Shown here one piece after another: positions 1 to 12,169 of a stretch of DNA of 64,000 nt. The first letter of the stretch is position 1, and every line of letters begins with the position of its first letter. Position numbers and translations under genes: made by a program. Under the pieces are notes generated by a model. The model worked only from the letters and a program-made list of their open reading frames with translations, was not told where the DNA came from and made no database searches. This DNA is from Eledone cirrhosa (Eukaryota), in contig OZ024758.1 of NCBI GenBank assembly GCA_964016885.1, forward strand, positions 9,610,001 to 9,674,000. The letters run 5' to 3'.

Positions 1-981
1 CCTTCTTTAAGTCTCTTGAAAGTATATTCAACACACACCTAACTCTTCTTTCCCTCCCCTTCCCGTTTCATTTCTTGACACCTAAAGTACCTGCTCTTTG
101 ACACAAACACTGTGGGATAGTTTATCAAAATTGACATGTAGCTCTCTACTTAACAATATGAAGTAGGGGCTGACTACCGCCATGTTATTTCATTAGGGCT
201 GAATTATTTAATCATATTTAGTTTCTTCTTAAAACAAGTAATAAAATCAAAGTTTAACAAATTAACAGAAAATACTACATCTATCGCTCCCCATTTCTCC
301 CTCTCTCTCTTTATCGCTCCCCCTTTCTTTCTCTCTCTTTACCTCTCCCCCTTTCTTTCTCTCTTTCCATTTCCCTGTCTCTCTCTCTCCTTTCTCTGTC
401 TCTCTTTCACACACAAAGGAAGTCTAAGACATAAATTATATGATTCTAATTCTATATTCTAATGAGGTTCCTACTTTATTCCTTCTTCCCTGCCATTTTT
501 TGACAGGTCTCTTGAGTTTATATTTCACTCTTATATTAAAAACAAACAAATAAATAAGATAGTTGTTTTCTTTCTTTTCTAATCAGTGCACTAAATATAA
601 ATATAAAGGAAACATAAAACTTGGAAGTCTTGATAGAAAGATTGACAATTTCTCCTGTTCTTCACAGTAGTCACAAGTCTGTCTTATTTTACTTTCACAT
701 GCATTGCTATCATTCATTCGTGAGGCATTTAGTGAAGAAATAGAATCTGAAATACTGGATGTTATGAGTAAAGCTGTCATATCAGAACAAATCTGGTGCC
801 ATTAATGCTACAATTTGAAAATTACGTGGCCTGGAAACTGATTCCCATATTTCCTTCTTGAAGTCCATATTAATCTAATGATTCATTTTGTGAGATGTAA
901 GGTTCCAGGAAATATTTAGATTTATCTACCATCTTAGTGTCTAAGTATCAATTAATTCCCTTTATGATTTAAAATGATGTT

Positions 982-1263
982 GAGGCACGTGGCCTAGTGG
1001 TAAGTGTGTTGGACTTACGATTATAATGTGGGTTCGATTCCTGGACTAGGTTGTGTGTTGTGTTTTTGAGCAAAACACTTCATTTCACATTGCTCCAGTA
1101 TACTCAGCTAAAAGTGAGTACCAGCGATAACTGGGAAGGGTTTAACCTTGCAATGGCCTGGTGTCCTGTCCAGGGGGCAAGTCTTGCACTCTCTGTCACT
1201 TCATGTCACAGAAACCAGGATAAGCACTGGTCTGATGAGACTTTGGGCTCGAGGCAGACTTTA
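982..1263 (+). mobile_element. tRNA-derived CORE-type SINE (tail type 1)
   Basis: A box TGGCCTAGTGG, B box GGTTCGATTCC, CORE-like ttgagcaaaacacttcatttcacattgctccag, tail ending gcagacttta. Relatives at ~36997-37280 and ~56950-57190. Confidence 0.8.
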
Positions 1264-1344
1264 GATGATTTAAAATGGAAACTTGTAGAAATATTTTAGT
1301 AATATAGAATGTTTCAGTTAACATTCTAGACTCCCTCTTAGTGT

Positions 1345-1573
1345 TTAACCCTTTAGCATTTACATTACTCTATATTTACTATTGATTTTTCACAGTAGGG
1401 GCTGAATCTCTCATAATTATCTCACATGATATCAAATCTATGAGATTTTGATGTTATTTATTTTGAGAACAATACCTTAACAACAGTATGAGCGGCCAGT
1501 TATGGCCAGCTTGAACAGAAAGCAGTGAGAGAATTCTGGCTGAATACGGCCAGTATAAATGCTAAAGGGTTAA
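1345..1573 (+). mobile_element. piggyBac-type MITE (~220 bp)
   Basis: TTAA|CCCTTTAGCATTTA ... TAAATGCTAAAGGG|TTAA: perfect 14-bp TIRs with CCC termini and TTAA TSD. Confidence 0.85.
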
Positions 1574-1954
1574 TTGATTTCTCAATATTAGAAGCTTGTA
1601 TACTGAGAACTGTCATTAGAATGTCAGATAAAATTTCATTTTATCTAACTCTCTGTGCTGAGTTCAAATCGTATCTTTTCAAGGGCAACATAAAAAGTTC
1701 TTCACTTTTTCTTCATCTCCTTACACATACACACACTCTCTCCCTCTTCATCTTCTTACTCTCTCTCTTCCTTCATCTCCTTACACATACACACACACAC
1801 TCTCTCTTCCTTCATTTCCTTACTCATTTTCTGTCCTTCTTCGGAAAAAAATCAGCTGTGTTCAGTTCTAGGGAGGTGATGGGTTCTGCCAGGTTTAAAT
1901 GCCGACGACATATTGTATATCACAACGATATGCCAACGGTTCCACACAAAACTA

Positions 1955-2336
1955 CACACACACACACACACTCACTCACTTACACTCACACACACCACAC
2001 CACACCACACCACACCACACCACACCACACCACACCACACCACACCACACCACACCACACCACACCACACCACACCACACCACACCACACCACACCACAC
2101 CACACCACACCACACCACACCACACCACACCACACCACACCACACCACACCACACCACACCACACCACACCACACCACACCACACCACACCACACCACAC
2201 CACACCACACCACACCACACCACACCACACCACACCACACCACACCACACCACACCTCACACACTCTCACACTCTCACACTCTCACACTCTCACACTCTC
2301 ACACTCTCACACTCTCACACTCTCACACACACACAC
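1955..2336. repeat. (CACAC)n pentamer array flanked by (CA)n/(CACACTCT)n
   Basis: Direct reading; source of the PHHTT/VVWCG ORFs. Confidence 0.97.
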
Positions 2337-3265
2337 AAAATATTTTGAAGATAGAAGAATTTTAATATTTTTTTGTCTCACAGGAATGAATAAGTGTTAA
2401 TGGAATATGAGAAATACAGTAAATTCTACACCTGGAATAATTATCAGATTAGGGGTAACACAAGGATTTTCAACATGGGGTGCATGCTCCCACAGAGCAG
2501 CCATTTGAAAATGATGTTTTCAGAATGAACTTCAGGTTTTACTTTATTACTTTTACACCAAGGCAACTTTGATACACATTACTGTTGGAAACTCCTGTCT
2601 CACCCACCACATGTTATTGTGTATCTGGGGAGGATACAGCTGGTTATATTGATTCTAGTATATTACTGGTATATTACTGGTATTTTCTTTATCAACTTGA
2701 CTTCAACACATATATTCTTTCACAATTTTTCTATTTTTCCATGCATGGGTTTGACAGGTTGTCATATTCTGAAATTAGACCAGTCAGGTGACCATGTCTT
2801 GCTTATACATTCTGTTTTGGGTTCAGTTTCTATAGCTGGATGCCCCTCCTAATGCCAACCACTTTACAGAGTGTGCTGGAAACATTTTATTATAGCACTA
2901 GTTCTACTACTTTATAGGGTAGACTGAGTACTTTTTTTAATGTGGCACCAGCACTACCACCTTACAGGATGGACTGGGTGCTTTTTATTGAGGTACCAAC
3001 TCACACACAAGCACACGTGTGTGTTTGTGTATATAATGATCTAGTTTAGAAACTTGATGAGCAGATACATATTTATTATAAATTTAGAAGCTTCAATATA
3101 TATTTTTGGACAATGAAAATAGTGTTGACATCGTAAGAGGTAGAATCCTGATGGTGAGGCTTGCCATTTCTCAAACGTTTTCATATATTGAGTACTACAC
3201 TGATTTGTGATCTCTCCAGTCTTTCCACCACAGACACTCCATATATGTATGTATGTGTGCACAAG

Positions 3266-3306
<41 letters not shown>

Positions 3307-3311
<5 letters not shown>

Positions 3312-3815
3312 TATGAAGGATGACAGCTGCATAAAAAGGTGCAGAGCACTAGAAGTTGATGGAAACCGCGGAGTGGGGAGACCCAAGATGACCTGGGATG
3401 AGGTGATAAAAGCCGACCTTACCCAATTACACCTCTCAAAGACAATGACACACGACCGTGACTTCTGGCGTCACGCAGTAATACAGAGTACCCGACCTCC
3501 CATGGGTACAAGCTGAAGTATATAGACAATATGCCCCCACACTCCCCACCGCAAGGTGGTCGTGGAGGTTCCACGGCAAAAAAGCACCCAGCCCACACTG
3601 TAAAGTGGACGTGTAGGCGCCACGAAAAAGCACCCAGCACTCACTGTAAATGAGGTTGGTGTTAGGAAGGGCATCCAGCTGTAGAAATCAAGCCAAATCA
3701 GTTCCTGTATGAGCAAGGCATGGTCAGCCGACCAGACACTGCCCACAACAGGACAACCCGTCTAACCCATGCTAGCCTGGAAGAACGGACGTTAAACGTT
3801 GATGATGATGATGAT
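3307..3815 (+). mobile_element. RTE-clade LINE 3' end (ORF C-terminus, 3'UTR, (GAT)n tail)
   Basis: Peptide MRMKDDSCIKRCRALEVDGNRGVGRPKMTWDEVIKADL...DRDFWRHAV has the RTE C-terminal G-x-R-x-x-GRP-x-x-x-W motif; 5'-truncated in (TA)n. Confidence 0.9.
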
Positions 3816-4210
3816 ATCAAACTAATACATCTCTTAGTGATATGATCAGTAAACAAACATCCGAGAAACACCAGCAACATTTAAACCAAACAAAGTTTAT
3901 TATCATCATTTATTGATAATTAATATTCCAATCCATACAGTAAACATTGTTATTATTGTCTGATCTCATTGGTATTTCTGTAATAATTCTAGCATTGGCA
4001 CAGGGCCCAGAAATTTGGGTGAAGATGAAAGTCGATTGTATTGACCCCAGTATTTTAGATGGACGGTCCCTCGTAACTCCTGATGAAGTCATAAGGGTGA
4101 CATATTGCCTTTTTAGGACATTTTATATCAAATTTCATATCAAAATGGTTAACATACACATCATTTAAGAAAATTGTTATTTTAGTTCCATTTCAGTTTC
4201 AATCTTCTTT

Positions 4211-4435
4211 TTAACCTTTAGTATTTACATTACTCTATATTTACTATTATATTTTCACAGTAAAGTCTTTATCTCACATATTTATCTCACATAATATCTA
4301 ATCTATGAGATTTTCATATCTATTTTAAAAACAATAGCTTAACATCAGTATGAGCAGTCAGTTATGACTGGTTTCAACAGAAAAAGGTGAGAGAATTCTA
4401 GCCAGATAGAACCAGTTTAAATGCTAAAGTGTTAA
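4211..4435 (+). mobile_element. piggyBac-type MITE
   Basis: Homologous to 1345-1573; TTAA at both ends. Confidence 0.8.
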
Positions 4436-5120
4436 ACATCTTATGTTTATTTTAATGTGAAATTGTGCTTTAAATGAATCAATTAAGACTTAATAGCAAC
4501 TTTACTTCTCAGTCATAACTTGCTGTTATTGTTACACATGTATGTGTAAAGAACTGGTTGTGCATGTTAGCTGCAGTTTTAAATGAGAGAAGAAATAAAC
4601 AACAAAATCGTTATCGTATAATGGAAGTTTTGAGAATTTGCCAATGGACAATTGCAATAAGTACAAAACTGACAATGAGTTTGTTTCATAAAAATTTGCC
4701 ATGTAATTAATAAGTGGAAGTAAAAAAAACATTAATGAATGAAGGGAGAGGAGAGGTGAAGTGGTTAGTGGGAGGTTAATTGATTCAGCTTTATTAATTG
4801 TTGAGTCATTGATCAGTCTATGGGGGTTGGCAGTAAAGTTCATAGGCTGACTATAAAGGAATGAGGCTAGACATCCCATCTTTTAGTATGACATCCCATA
4901 TCTAGGATATATCGGTTCTGTGTGTACAGTTCTCTTTACTAGCAGGTTAACTAAATCACATCTTTAAATGTATGACACTTGACTAACCTGTCTTTTAGTA
5001 TGACATCCCATATTTAGGATATATCTATTTCCAGGTTTACATATATTTCCAGAGTTATACAATCTTCTTTATTAAAATGTCTGTTGGGCAAATTACATCT
5101 CTAAATGTATGAAACCTCAT

Positions 5121-5306
5121 TATGAGGGTCAGCTGAAAAGTTGATAGGCTGATTATGAAGGATTGATGCTAGAGCTGTGAAATCTTGCATGCAATTATTT
5201 CAACTCTTCTTAATAATTGCATTGTTTCTTTCCAAGGTCTGTGTTGAAAACTAAACCTCATTTGGTCATTCCATGAGAGTATCTTCGTCAGACTATGAAC
5301 TTTTCA
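5121..5306. mobile_element. mariner-type MITE (~200 bp)
   Basis: Left end TAtgagggtcagctgaaaagtt.ataggctga with a complementary, truncated right end. Family also at 41718-41920, 45013-45135, 46374-46578 and 56231-56412. Confidence 0.7.
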
Positions 5307-5880
5307 CTCTATGAACTTTTAACCTCTCCCGTAGTTGCCTCACTAAGAAGAAGGCATCTGTTGTACTTTTCCCAGGCTCAAAACCAAACTGCATCTCATC
5401 TAATTTGACCCTTTCTCTAATTAATTGCGCTAATATTCTCTCTGCCACTTTCATAACCTGATCCATTAGCTTTATGCCCCTATAATTGCTCCTCTCCAGA
5501 ACATCCCCTTTACCTTTGTAGCAATTTATGAGAATACTGCTGCACCAGTTTTTGGGTATGACACCACCATATATAGCCTGATTGATGATGTGTGCAACCA
5601 GTTTAGTGCCTACTTCTCCTGATGCCTTCAGCATCTCAGCAACTATCCCTGACTGTCCAGCGGCCTTACCATTTTTCATTTCCTTAATTGCCTCTTGGAC
5701 CCTATATTCGTCAATCTCAATAGCTGGTCCCTCTGTTGGGTATACTGAGGGTAATTTCTCTCTCTCCCATTTCTTCTCCACATTCATCAGTCTCTCATAA
5801 TGACATTTCCAGGCCTCCTTTTTCTGATCATTCGTGACACTAAGTACACCAGCATCATTCCGGACACATTTATCTCCAAC
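5307..5880 (-). mobile_element. RTE LINE reverse transcriptase fragment (N-terminal RT domains)
   Basis: AIKEMKNGKAAGQSGIVAEML...YKGKGD...SNYRGIKLMD...MQFGFEPGKSTTDAFFLVRQL are non-LTR RT motifs; truncated by a MITE. Confidence 0.92.
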
Positions 5881-7119
5881 AATATCCTGATTTACTCCTT
5901 AGTGCTGGAAGGCTTGCTTGCTTGCAGTCAGATTGCTGGTGTCTCTATAAAATATACTCTATTCTATAGACACAGCCATTGATATAGTTACTCCAAACTG
6001 AAGTAAAAAATATTAAAAATATACTTTATACTATTTTAGTGTAATTGAATAAATAAACCTTGCTTATCTCTGTAAATGTTACGGCTATCCCAATGATATT
6101 CTTTTTGTTATCTCTAATGTCACCTCAACTTTCTTAAGTATGAGAATGGAATCTCAAAGAACAGGTTTTAATCTTTGCAAAGATGTTATTAAAAGAAAGA
6201 GAGAAGAAAGAAAGATTTACTTTTGTGTCAATAATGCAGGTTTTAAGATCCTTATCTTTCAACCTGTTTCCTAAATATTTTCCTCTGGCTATTTAGATGG
6301 ATTTCTTCTCTTATTGGGGAGAATTCCTTAGAAAGAATGTTACATCCCTACAGGGAGGTGACTCATGTTACACTGGACTCAACATCCACTCTGATGTCAT
6401 TCAACAATATATCAAAAAGTTTTCTACAATTTTTTTTGAAGTTTCACTGGTATTTCTTTCTTTACATACTTTTTTCAATCTTTGTCTTTCTAATACTTCT
6501 CACTCTCTCTTTCTCCCTCCTCTCTCTTTTATCTCCTTCCATTCACTTTTTTTCCAGTTGCTACCATAACTTCAATATGTAAGCATGCATGAGGAAAAAG
6601 GGAGTGTGTGTGTGTGTGTGTTTATGTGCAAATGTGCAGGAGTGTACATGTATGTATGTGTGAGCTGGTTTATGCATGCATTTATGCATGCGTATGTGTG
6701 TGTATGGGATTATGTCTATAAACCCAACACAAACAAATGTGAAGTAGTATATGTATTCAAGTTGATGAGATCCTCTACATGCTCACTCAATTTGAACACA
6801 ATACATATCTAATACTTATTTAAAACCTTGCAAGTTTGATAAAACATATCAAATCTCCCCAGAACCATGCCCTACTTCTTAAAAGTGAAAGGACACATTA
6901 AATGATATACACTAAGATATACTGTATCTAAGAAAAAAATATAAATCTACTTATACAAGTGCTCTTACATCAAGTTTGAACAGGTTAGGCTGAACAAGAA
7001 CCCCAACAATGAGGAATATGTAATTGTATATCTGTAGACATTTTATTAGCTTATAAGATATAGATAGATAGAGAGAGAGAGAATAAGAATTGAATCTTTT
7101 TGTGAAACTTTATTTCATA

Positions 7120-7320
7120 CTAGCAGTAAAGCCCGGCGTTGCTCGGGGTCGCTCAGTAGCTGTGTTAAAGTTACAATGTTAAGTTTCTTTTTTGGCTTAA
7201 AAACTGTAGGCTCAATGTACAAGTATAGCAATTTCGGTGCAATTCCGTCAGAGATTCTAAGAGGAGATGTGTGCCAAAAATCGATAGACAGACAGACAAC
7301 CACAGCTTTATATATATAGA
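7120..7320 (-). mobile_element. Non-autonomous Helitron (~200 bp)
   Basis: Minus strand begins TC and ends with hairpin CCCGAGCAACGCCGGG followed by CTAG; inserted between A and T; internal (GTCT)n. Confidence 0.8.
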
Positions 7321-7934
7321 TTACAATTGTTTCCATATCGATCAGCTCAGGTTTTATCAGGTGATCAGATCCCGACTCTTAATCGACACTTCTTCAAATG
7401 AGAGAGTTTACATGGGTGGTCCCATCCAAAGAGACAGACCCTGTAACAGTATTGCATGCTTCGATCAGCATTGCCGCTAGTAACCACAAGTTACTCACGT
7501 AATAACATATACATATAAATATATATATTAGTAGAAGTACAGATTAAAGTTTAAGCAAAGAATTTCTGCCTTCACCCTATTAAGTAGAAGTCCCTGTTGC
7601 AGCATATGTAGAATCTTTATTGGCGTCTTATAATTGCTTCATTATACTGACTCTTTTTCAACATATAAACTCAGATATCTGACGAAATGAGTCGGGCCCA
7701 GCTATTTTGATTGTACCCTGAGCTGATAAATTTTGAAACAATATGCCAATAAATTTTCTACATATGCTACAACACTGATTTTGATTCTATTTACTTTATT
7801 TAAACCCTCTACACTAACACCTGCCTTAACTCTGGAATACAACCCATGAGACGGATCTCGTAACAGTATTGAGTGCTTCAAATGGTGCACCACCTGTAAC
7901 TGTAGTTTCATTCCTAATATATATATATATATAT

Positions 7935-8282
7935 GGAGGCACATGGCTTAGTGGTTAGAGCATTGGCCTTGCAATCGAAAGGTTGTGAGTTCAATTCTCA
8001 GACTGGGTGATGTGTTGTTTCCTTGAGCAAGACACTTTATTTCACATTGCTCCAGTTTACTCAGCTGTAGAAATGAGATGATAGGGACTGGGGTCTCTAT
8101 CATTCCACTGCAAAGTAGTCGTGGAGGTGCCACGGCAAAAAAGCACCCAGCACTCACTGTAAATGAGGTTGGTGTTAGGAAGGGCATCCAGCTGTAGAAA
8201 TCAAGCCAGAATCAGTTCCCGTCCCACCCTTGCAAGCAGGGAAAAAGCGGACATAAAATGGGATGATGATGATGATGATGAT
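7935..8282 (+). mobile_element. tRNA-derived CORE-type SINE with RTE-LINE 3' tail and (GAT)n end
   Basis: A/B boxes and CORE-like body, then aaaagcacccagcactcactgtaaatgaggttggtgttaggaagggcatccagctgtag, shared with the RTE 3'UTR at ~3625-3690. Confidence 0.85.
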
Positions 8283-8746
8283 AATAGATATATGTATATA
8301 TAATATATATACAGTTAGTGAGTATTGATTCTATATAACAGACAATAGTTTTAGTGCCAATAATGTATAAATCATAAATATCTTCGCTGCCATTGTGAAC
8401 TATTGGCGCTTAACTCTGGTTCCTTGTAGAATTCAATGTATACCAACCATGCAATGAAATTCAATATGTGCTAATAATTATGGTTTATAGTCATATAGTG
8501 AATTCCATAAAGGCTTTGTAGTGACCCCATTTGTATCAGGGACAAGTTATCAAGTAGAATACACCCCTCTGTAAGTTATATCCATAGCAAGGGTTGAACT
8601 AAGCCCCACAAGCTAAAAAAGTATTAGAGTAAAACCAGGAATACAAGAAAATTGGTGATAGAATCTACATCAGCAACTATTACTCTATGGTTGAGTTTGT
8701 AAAAGAATTCAGTCCCGTTGTTATATGCCATCTATTTAACAGGTCC

Positions 8747-8969
8747 TTAACCCTTTAACATTTACATTACCCTATATATACTATTGTATTTTTGCAGTGA
8801 AGGCTTTATCTCACATATCTCATAATATCGAATCTATGAGATTCTGATATTATTTATTTTGAGAACAGTACCGTAACATCAGTATGAGTGGTCAGTTATG
8901 GCCAGTTTGAACATAAAGAGGTGAGAGAATTCTGACCAGATACAGCCGGTTTAAATGCTAAAGGGTTAA
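8747..8969 (+). mobile_element. piggyBac-type MITE
   Basis: TTAA CCCTTT...AAAGGG TTAA. Confidence 0.85.
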
Positions 8970-9290
8970 ACTACAAGTCAATCTTTCAGATACAGAGTCT
9001 GATATATTAGATATATTATTTAACGATGATAACAAAGGAAAGTTATTTTACATATATCATTCCTTGTTTTACGGTTGTTTGATATATTGACTGAAACAAG
9101 TGTTTCCGATGAAGACGGTATGATCGAACCCTTATATTAGGTATGATCGAACCCTTATATTAGGTCTGATAGTATACAGTTCTCTAACTGCTATAGATCA
9201 GTCAATATATCGATACAATCAACCCTCCAAATGATTGGAAAGCAATGAAGGAAATATGTAAAATAACTTGCCTTTGTTATCATTGTTAAA

Positions 9291-9430
9291 TAACTGTTTC
9301 TACGTTAGGCACAAGGCCAGCAATTCCCCAGTGTATTACTGGTACTTTATTTTATCGACCCCCGTAAGGATGAAAGGCAAAGTTAACCTCGACGGGATTC
9401 GAACTCAGAATGGCAAGGGCCGTAACTCTA
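9291..9430 (-). mobile_element. SINE family 2, partial
   Basis: Reverse-complement match to the body of 20263-20460. Confidence 0.75.
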
Positions 9431-9513
9431 TTATCATTGTTATCATTGTTAAATAACCTGAACCAATAAGGTCTGGCTTCTTGGGTATGTCACCATTTAT
9501 AAAACAAATTTTG

Positions 9514-9574
9514 TATTTTATCTGATGAGAGCGTACCAACATTTTGGTACCCTTCAAATATATATAATAAAATA
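9514..9574 (+). ncRNA. Type I hammerhead motif with G12 to C core mutation (CAAA instead of GAAA), likely inactive
   Basis: Same stem I as the 10070 and 60827 copies; CTGATGA; stem II GAGCGTACCAA/TTGGTACCCTT; CAAA; ATATATAT palindrome; UA site. Confidence 0.65.
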
Positions 9575-9794
9575 AATATGGTGTCATAAATATAGTTTCC
9601 ATTTATTAACATCATTTATATATATATATACATAGGAAAATGTTTAACCCCGACGGCAGAGCTCAAGCCGTTTTGACGGCTTGAGCTCTGCCGTCGAGGT
9701 TAAACATTTTCCTATTACCCACTCTACTACCCTAAGTATTGAGTACTCTGGTGCGTTATGGTCCATCTGGTTCCTTACCACACTTCCTTCATTT

Positions 9795-9841
<47 letters not shown>

Positions 9842-9927
9842 AAACCCATAGTTTCAGAAGTTCCGTTAAGGGTGAAAGCAGTGATTCTTTGCTTAAACTT
9901 TAATCTGTTCTTATAATAAATAAATAA

Positions 9928-9976
<49 letters not shown>

Positions 9977-10069
9977 AAGGTTATATTTATCTATCCAGGA
10001 AGCTCCAACTGTTAAGGTTATCTTTTTTCAGAGTATGTCAATATTTATTTATAAAACTAATCTGTATTG

Positions 10070-10135
10070 TATTTTATCTGATGAAAGCGCACCATAATTT
10101 GCCTTGGTGGCCCTTGAAATATGTATAATAAAATA
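10070..10135 (+). ncRNA. Type I hammerhead ribozyme with intact core
   Basis: Stem I TATTTTAT/ATAAAATA; CTGATGA 10078-10084; stem II AAGCGCACCA...TGGTGGCCCTT; GAAA 10116-10119; stem III ATATGTAT (plausibly a CpG-decayed ATACGTAT palindrome); AUA site after 10127. Confidence 0.75.
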
Positions 10136-10247
10136 AATATGGTTTTATAAATATGGTTTTATAAATATAGTTTCCATTTGTTAATATATTGTATATATAT
10201 ATATATCCCACCAAGGCAAATTATGGTGCGCTTTCATCAGATAAAAT

Positions 10248-10280
<33 letters not shown>

Positions 10281-10667
10281 CATAAGGTTTCCCTGCTAGT
10301 ACCAGCTGCATCTCAGCGTACTCAATAGGTGAGGTTATGTAAAAATCCCAGAGTAGAAACATAGTTAATTGCTACAATACAACACACGTAAATGAGTACC
10401 ATAGATCTATAGCTGTACTCGAGTTTATATATTTGCAAGATATAGCGGTATACTAATCTAAGTAGCTATAGTTGATTGCCAGGCTGTATTCCCACGTGTA
10501 GCAATGTTCCACCACATGGCGGTTGAACACATGTGACCTATCTGTTTGGTAAGATCACATTAACATAGAGTAATGCTAATCCTTGATCGATTGCTGGCTG
10601 TGTGTACCAAGCTTCAGACTCCATATGCAGACTAACCTAATGTAATGTAAGATGGTGAGAAGAGAAG

Positions 10668-11080
10668 AGTGATGGTGATGATATTATGGTGGTGGTGGTG
10701 GTGGTGGTGGTGGCAGTGGTGATGGTGGCGGTGGTGCCAGCGTTGATGGCGTTGATAGCGGTGATGATGATGGTGGTGGTGGTGGTGGTGGTGGTGGCGG
10801 TGGTGGTGGTGATGGCAGTGATGGTGGTGGTGATGATGGTGGTGGTGATGGTGGTGGCAGTGATGGTGATGAAGGTGGTAGTGGTGGTGATGATGGCGGT
10901 GGTGGTGGTGATGATGGCGGTGGTGGTGGTGGTGATGGCGGTGGTGGTGGTGGTGATGACGGTGGTGGTGGTGGTGGTGGTGATGACGGTGGTGGTGGTG
11001 GTGGCAGTGATGGCAGTGATGGTGGTGGTGGTGATGGTGGTGGTGGTGATGGCAGTAATGGTGGTGGTGGTGGCAGTGTG
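10668..11080. repeat. (GGT/GAT)n trinucleotide array
   Basis: Direct reading. Confidence 0.95.
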
Positions 11081-11439
11081 ACATGTTGATGGCCAGTGTT
11101 GTGGTGGGAGTGGAAGCACTTTCGTTTTGTTGTTCTTTCTTCCTCCTCCCTCCCTTTGTCACTTCTCTCCTCTCCTCCCTTTATTTTGTTTCCTTTTGTC
11201 TATTCCCCCCCCCTCTCCACCTCCCTCTCTCTTAGACTCTCTTTCCATCTCTTGTGTTCTATCTCCCTCATCTCCCACCCCTAGCTTTCTCTCATCCCAT
11301 CTCTCCATCTATATACATATCACCCTCATAACCTCTCTCTACCCTGTATCCCCTCCCCTCACATCTCACCATTACCTCTCTCTCTACCCTTATCTTCCTC
11401 TCCCATTTATATCTCCTATTTATCTTCCTCTTCAACCAA

Positions 11440-12117
11440 TCTCTCTATCCTATCACTCACCTTTCTTTCATCTCTCCATCCTATCACTCACCTTTCTTTC
11501 CTCTCTCCATCTTATCACTCACCTTTCTTTCATCTCTCCATCTTATCACTCACCTTTCTTTCCTCTCTCTATCCTATCACTCACCTTTCTTTCATCTCTC
11601 TATCCTATCACTCACCTTTCTTTCATCTCTCCATCCTATCACTCACCTTTCTTTCATCTCTCTATCCTATCACTCACCTTTCTTTCATCTCTCTATCGTA
11701 TCACTCACCTTTCTTTCATCTCTCCATCCTATCACTCACCTTTCTTTCATCTCTCTATCCTATCACTCACCTTTCTTTCATCTCTCCATCCTATCACTCA
11801 CCTTTCTTTCATCTCTCTATCCTATCACTCACTTTTCTTTCATCTCTCCATCCTATCACTCACCTTTCTTTCATCTCTCTATCCTATCACTCACCTTTCT
11901 TTCATCTCTCTATCGTATCACTCACCTTTCTTTCATCTCTCCATCCTATCACTCACCTTTCTTTCATCTCTCTATCCTATCACTCACCTTTCTTTCATCT
12001 CTCCATCCTATCACTCACCTTTCTTTCATCTCTCTATCCTATCACTCACCTTTCTTTCATCTCTCCATCCTATCACTCACCTTTCTTTCATCTCTCTATC
12101 CTATCACTCACCTTTCT
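11440..12117. repeat. 31-bp pyrimidine-rich minisatellite (~21 units)
   Basis: Unit cctatcactcacctttctttcatctctc(c/t)at. Confidence 0.95.
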
Positions 12118-12169
12118 TATACTCCTAATTTTTCTCTCCTCTCTATCTCAGATCTTCTCTCCCCCCTCC

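Noticed and set aside
583-780. 65-aa minus ORF in unique sequence (also 17992-18192 and 43558-43830)
   Set aside because: No recognisable domain or convincing splice-site pair.
982-1050. tRNA genes at SINE heads
   Set aside because: A/B boxes are present, but there is no complete cloverleaf and the sequence continues into SINE bodies.
1232-1260. CTGATGAG hairpin in SINE tail type 1 as a hammerhead
   Set aside because: No GAAA after the stem in any of the three copies; more likely a LINE-recognition stem-loop.
1525-2400. 291-aa and overlapping PHHTT/VVWCG ORFs
   Set aside because: Translation of a stop-free (CACAC)n array plus MITE sequence.
4080-4110. CTGATGAA-GTCA..TGAC motif
   Set aside because: GAAA is absent and there is no stem I; at most a remnant.
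7948-8187. Recurrent MPFLTPTSFTVSAGCFF peptide family
   Set aside because: Antisense translation of the SINE/RTE 3'UTR, not a gene family.
10632-12128. Poly-His, poly-Thr/Val and 333-aa ORFs
   Set aside because: Trinucleotide and 31-bp repeats open in several frames; no splice or domain evidence.
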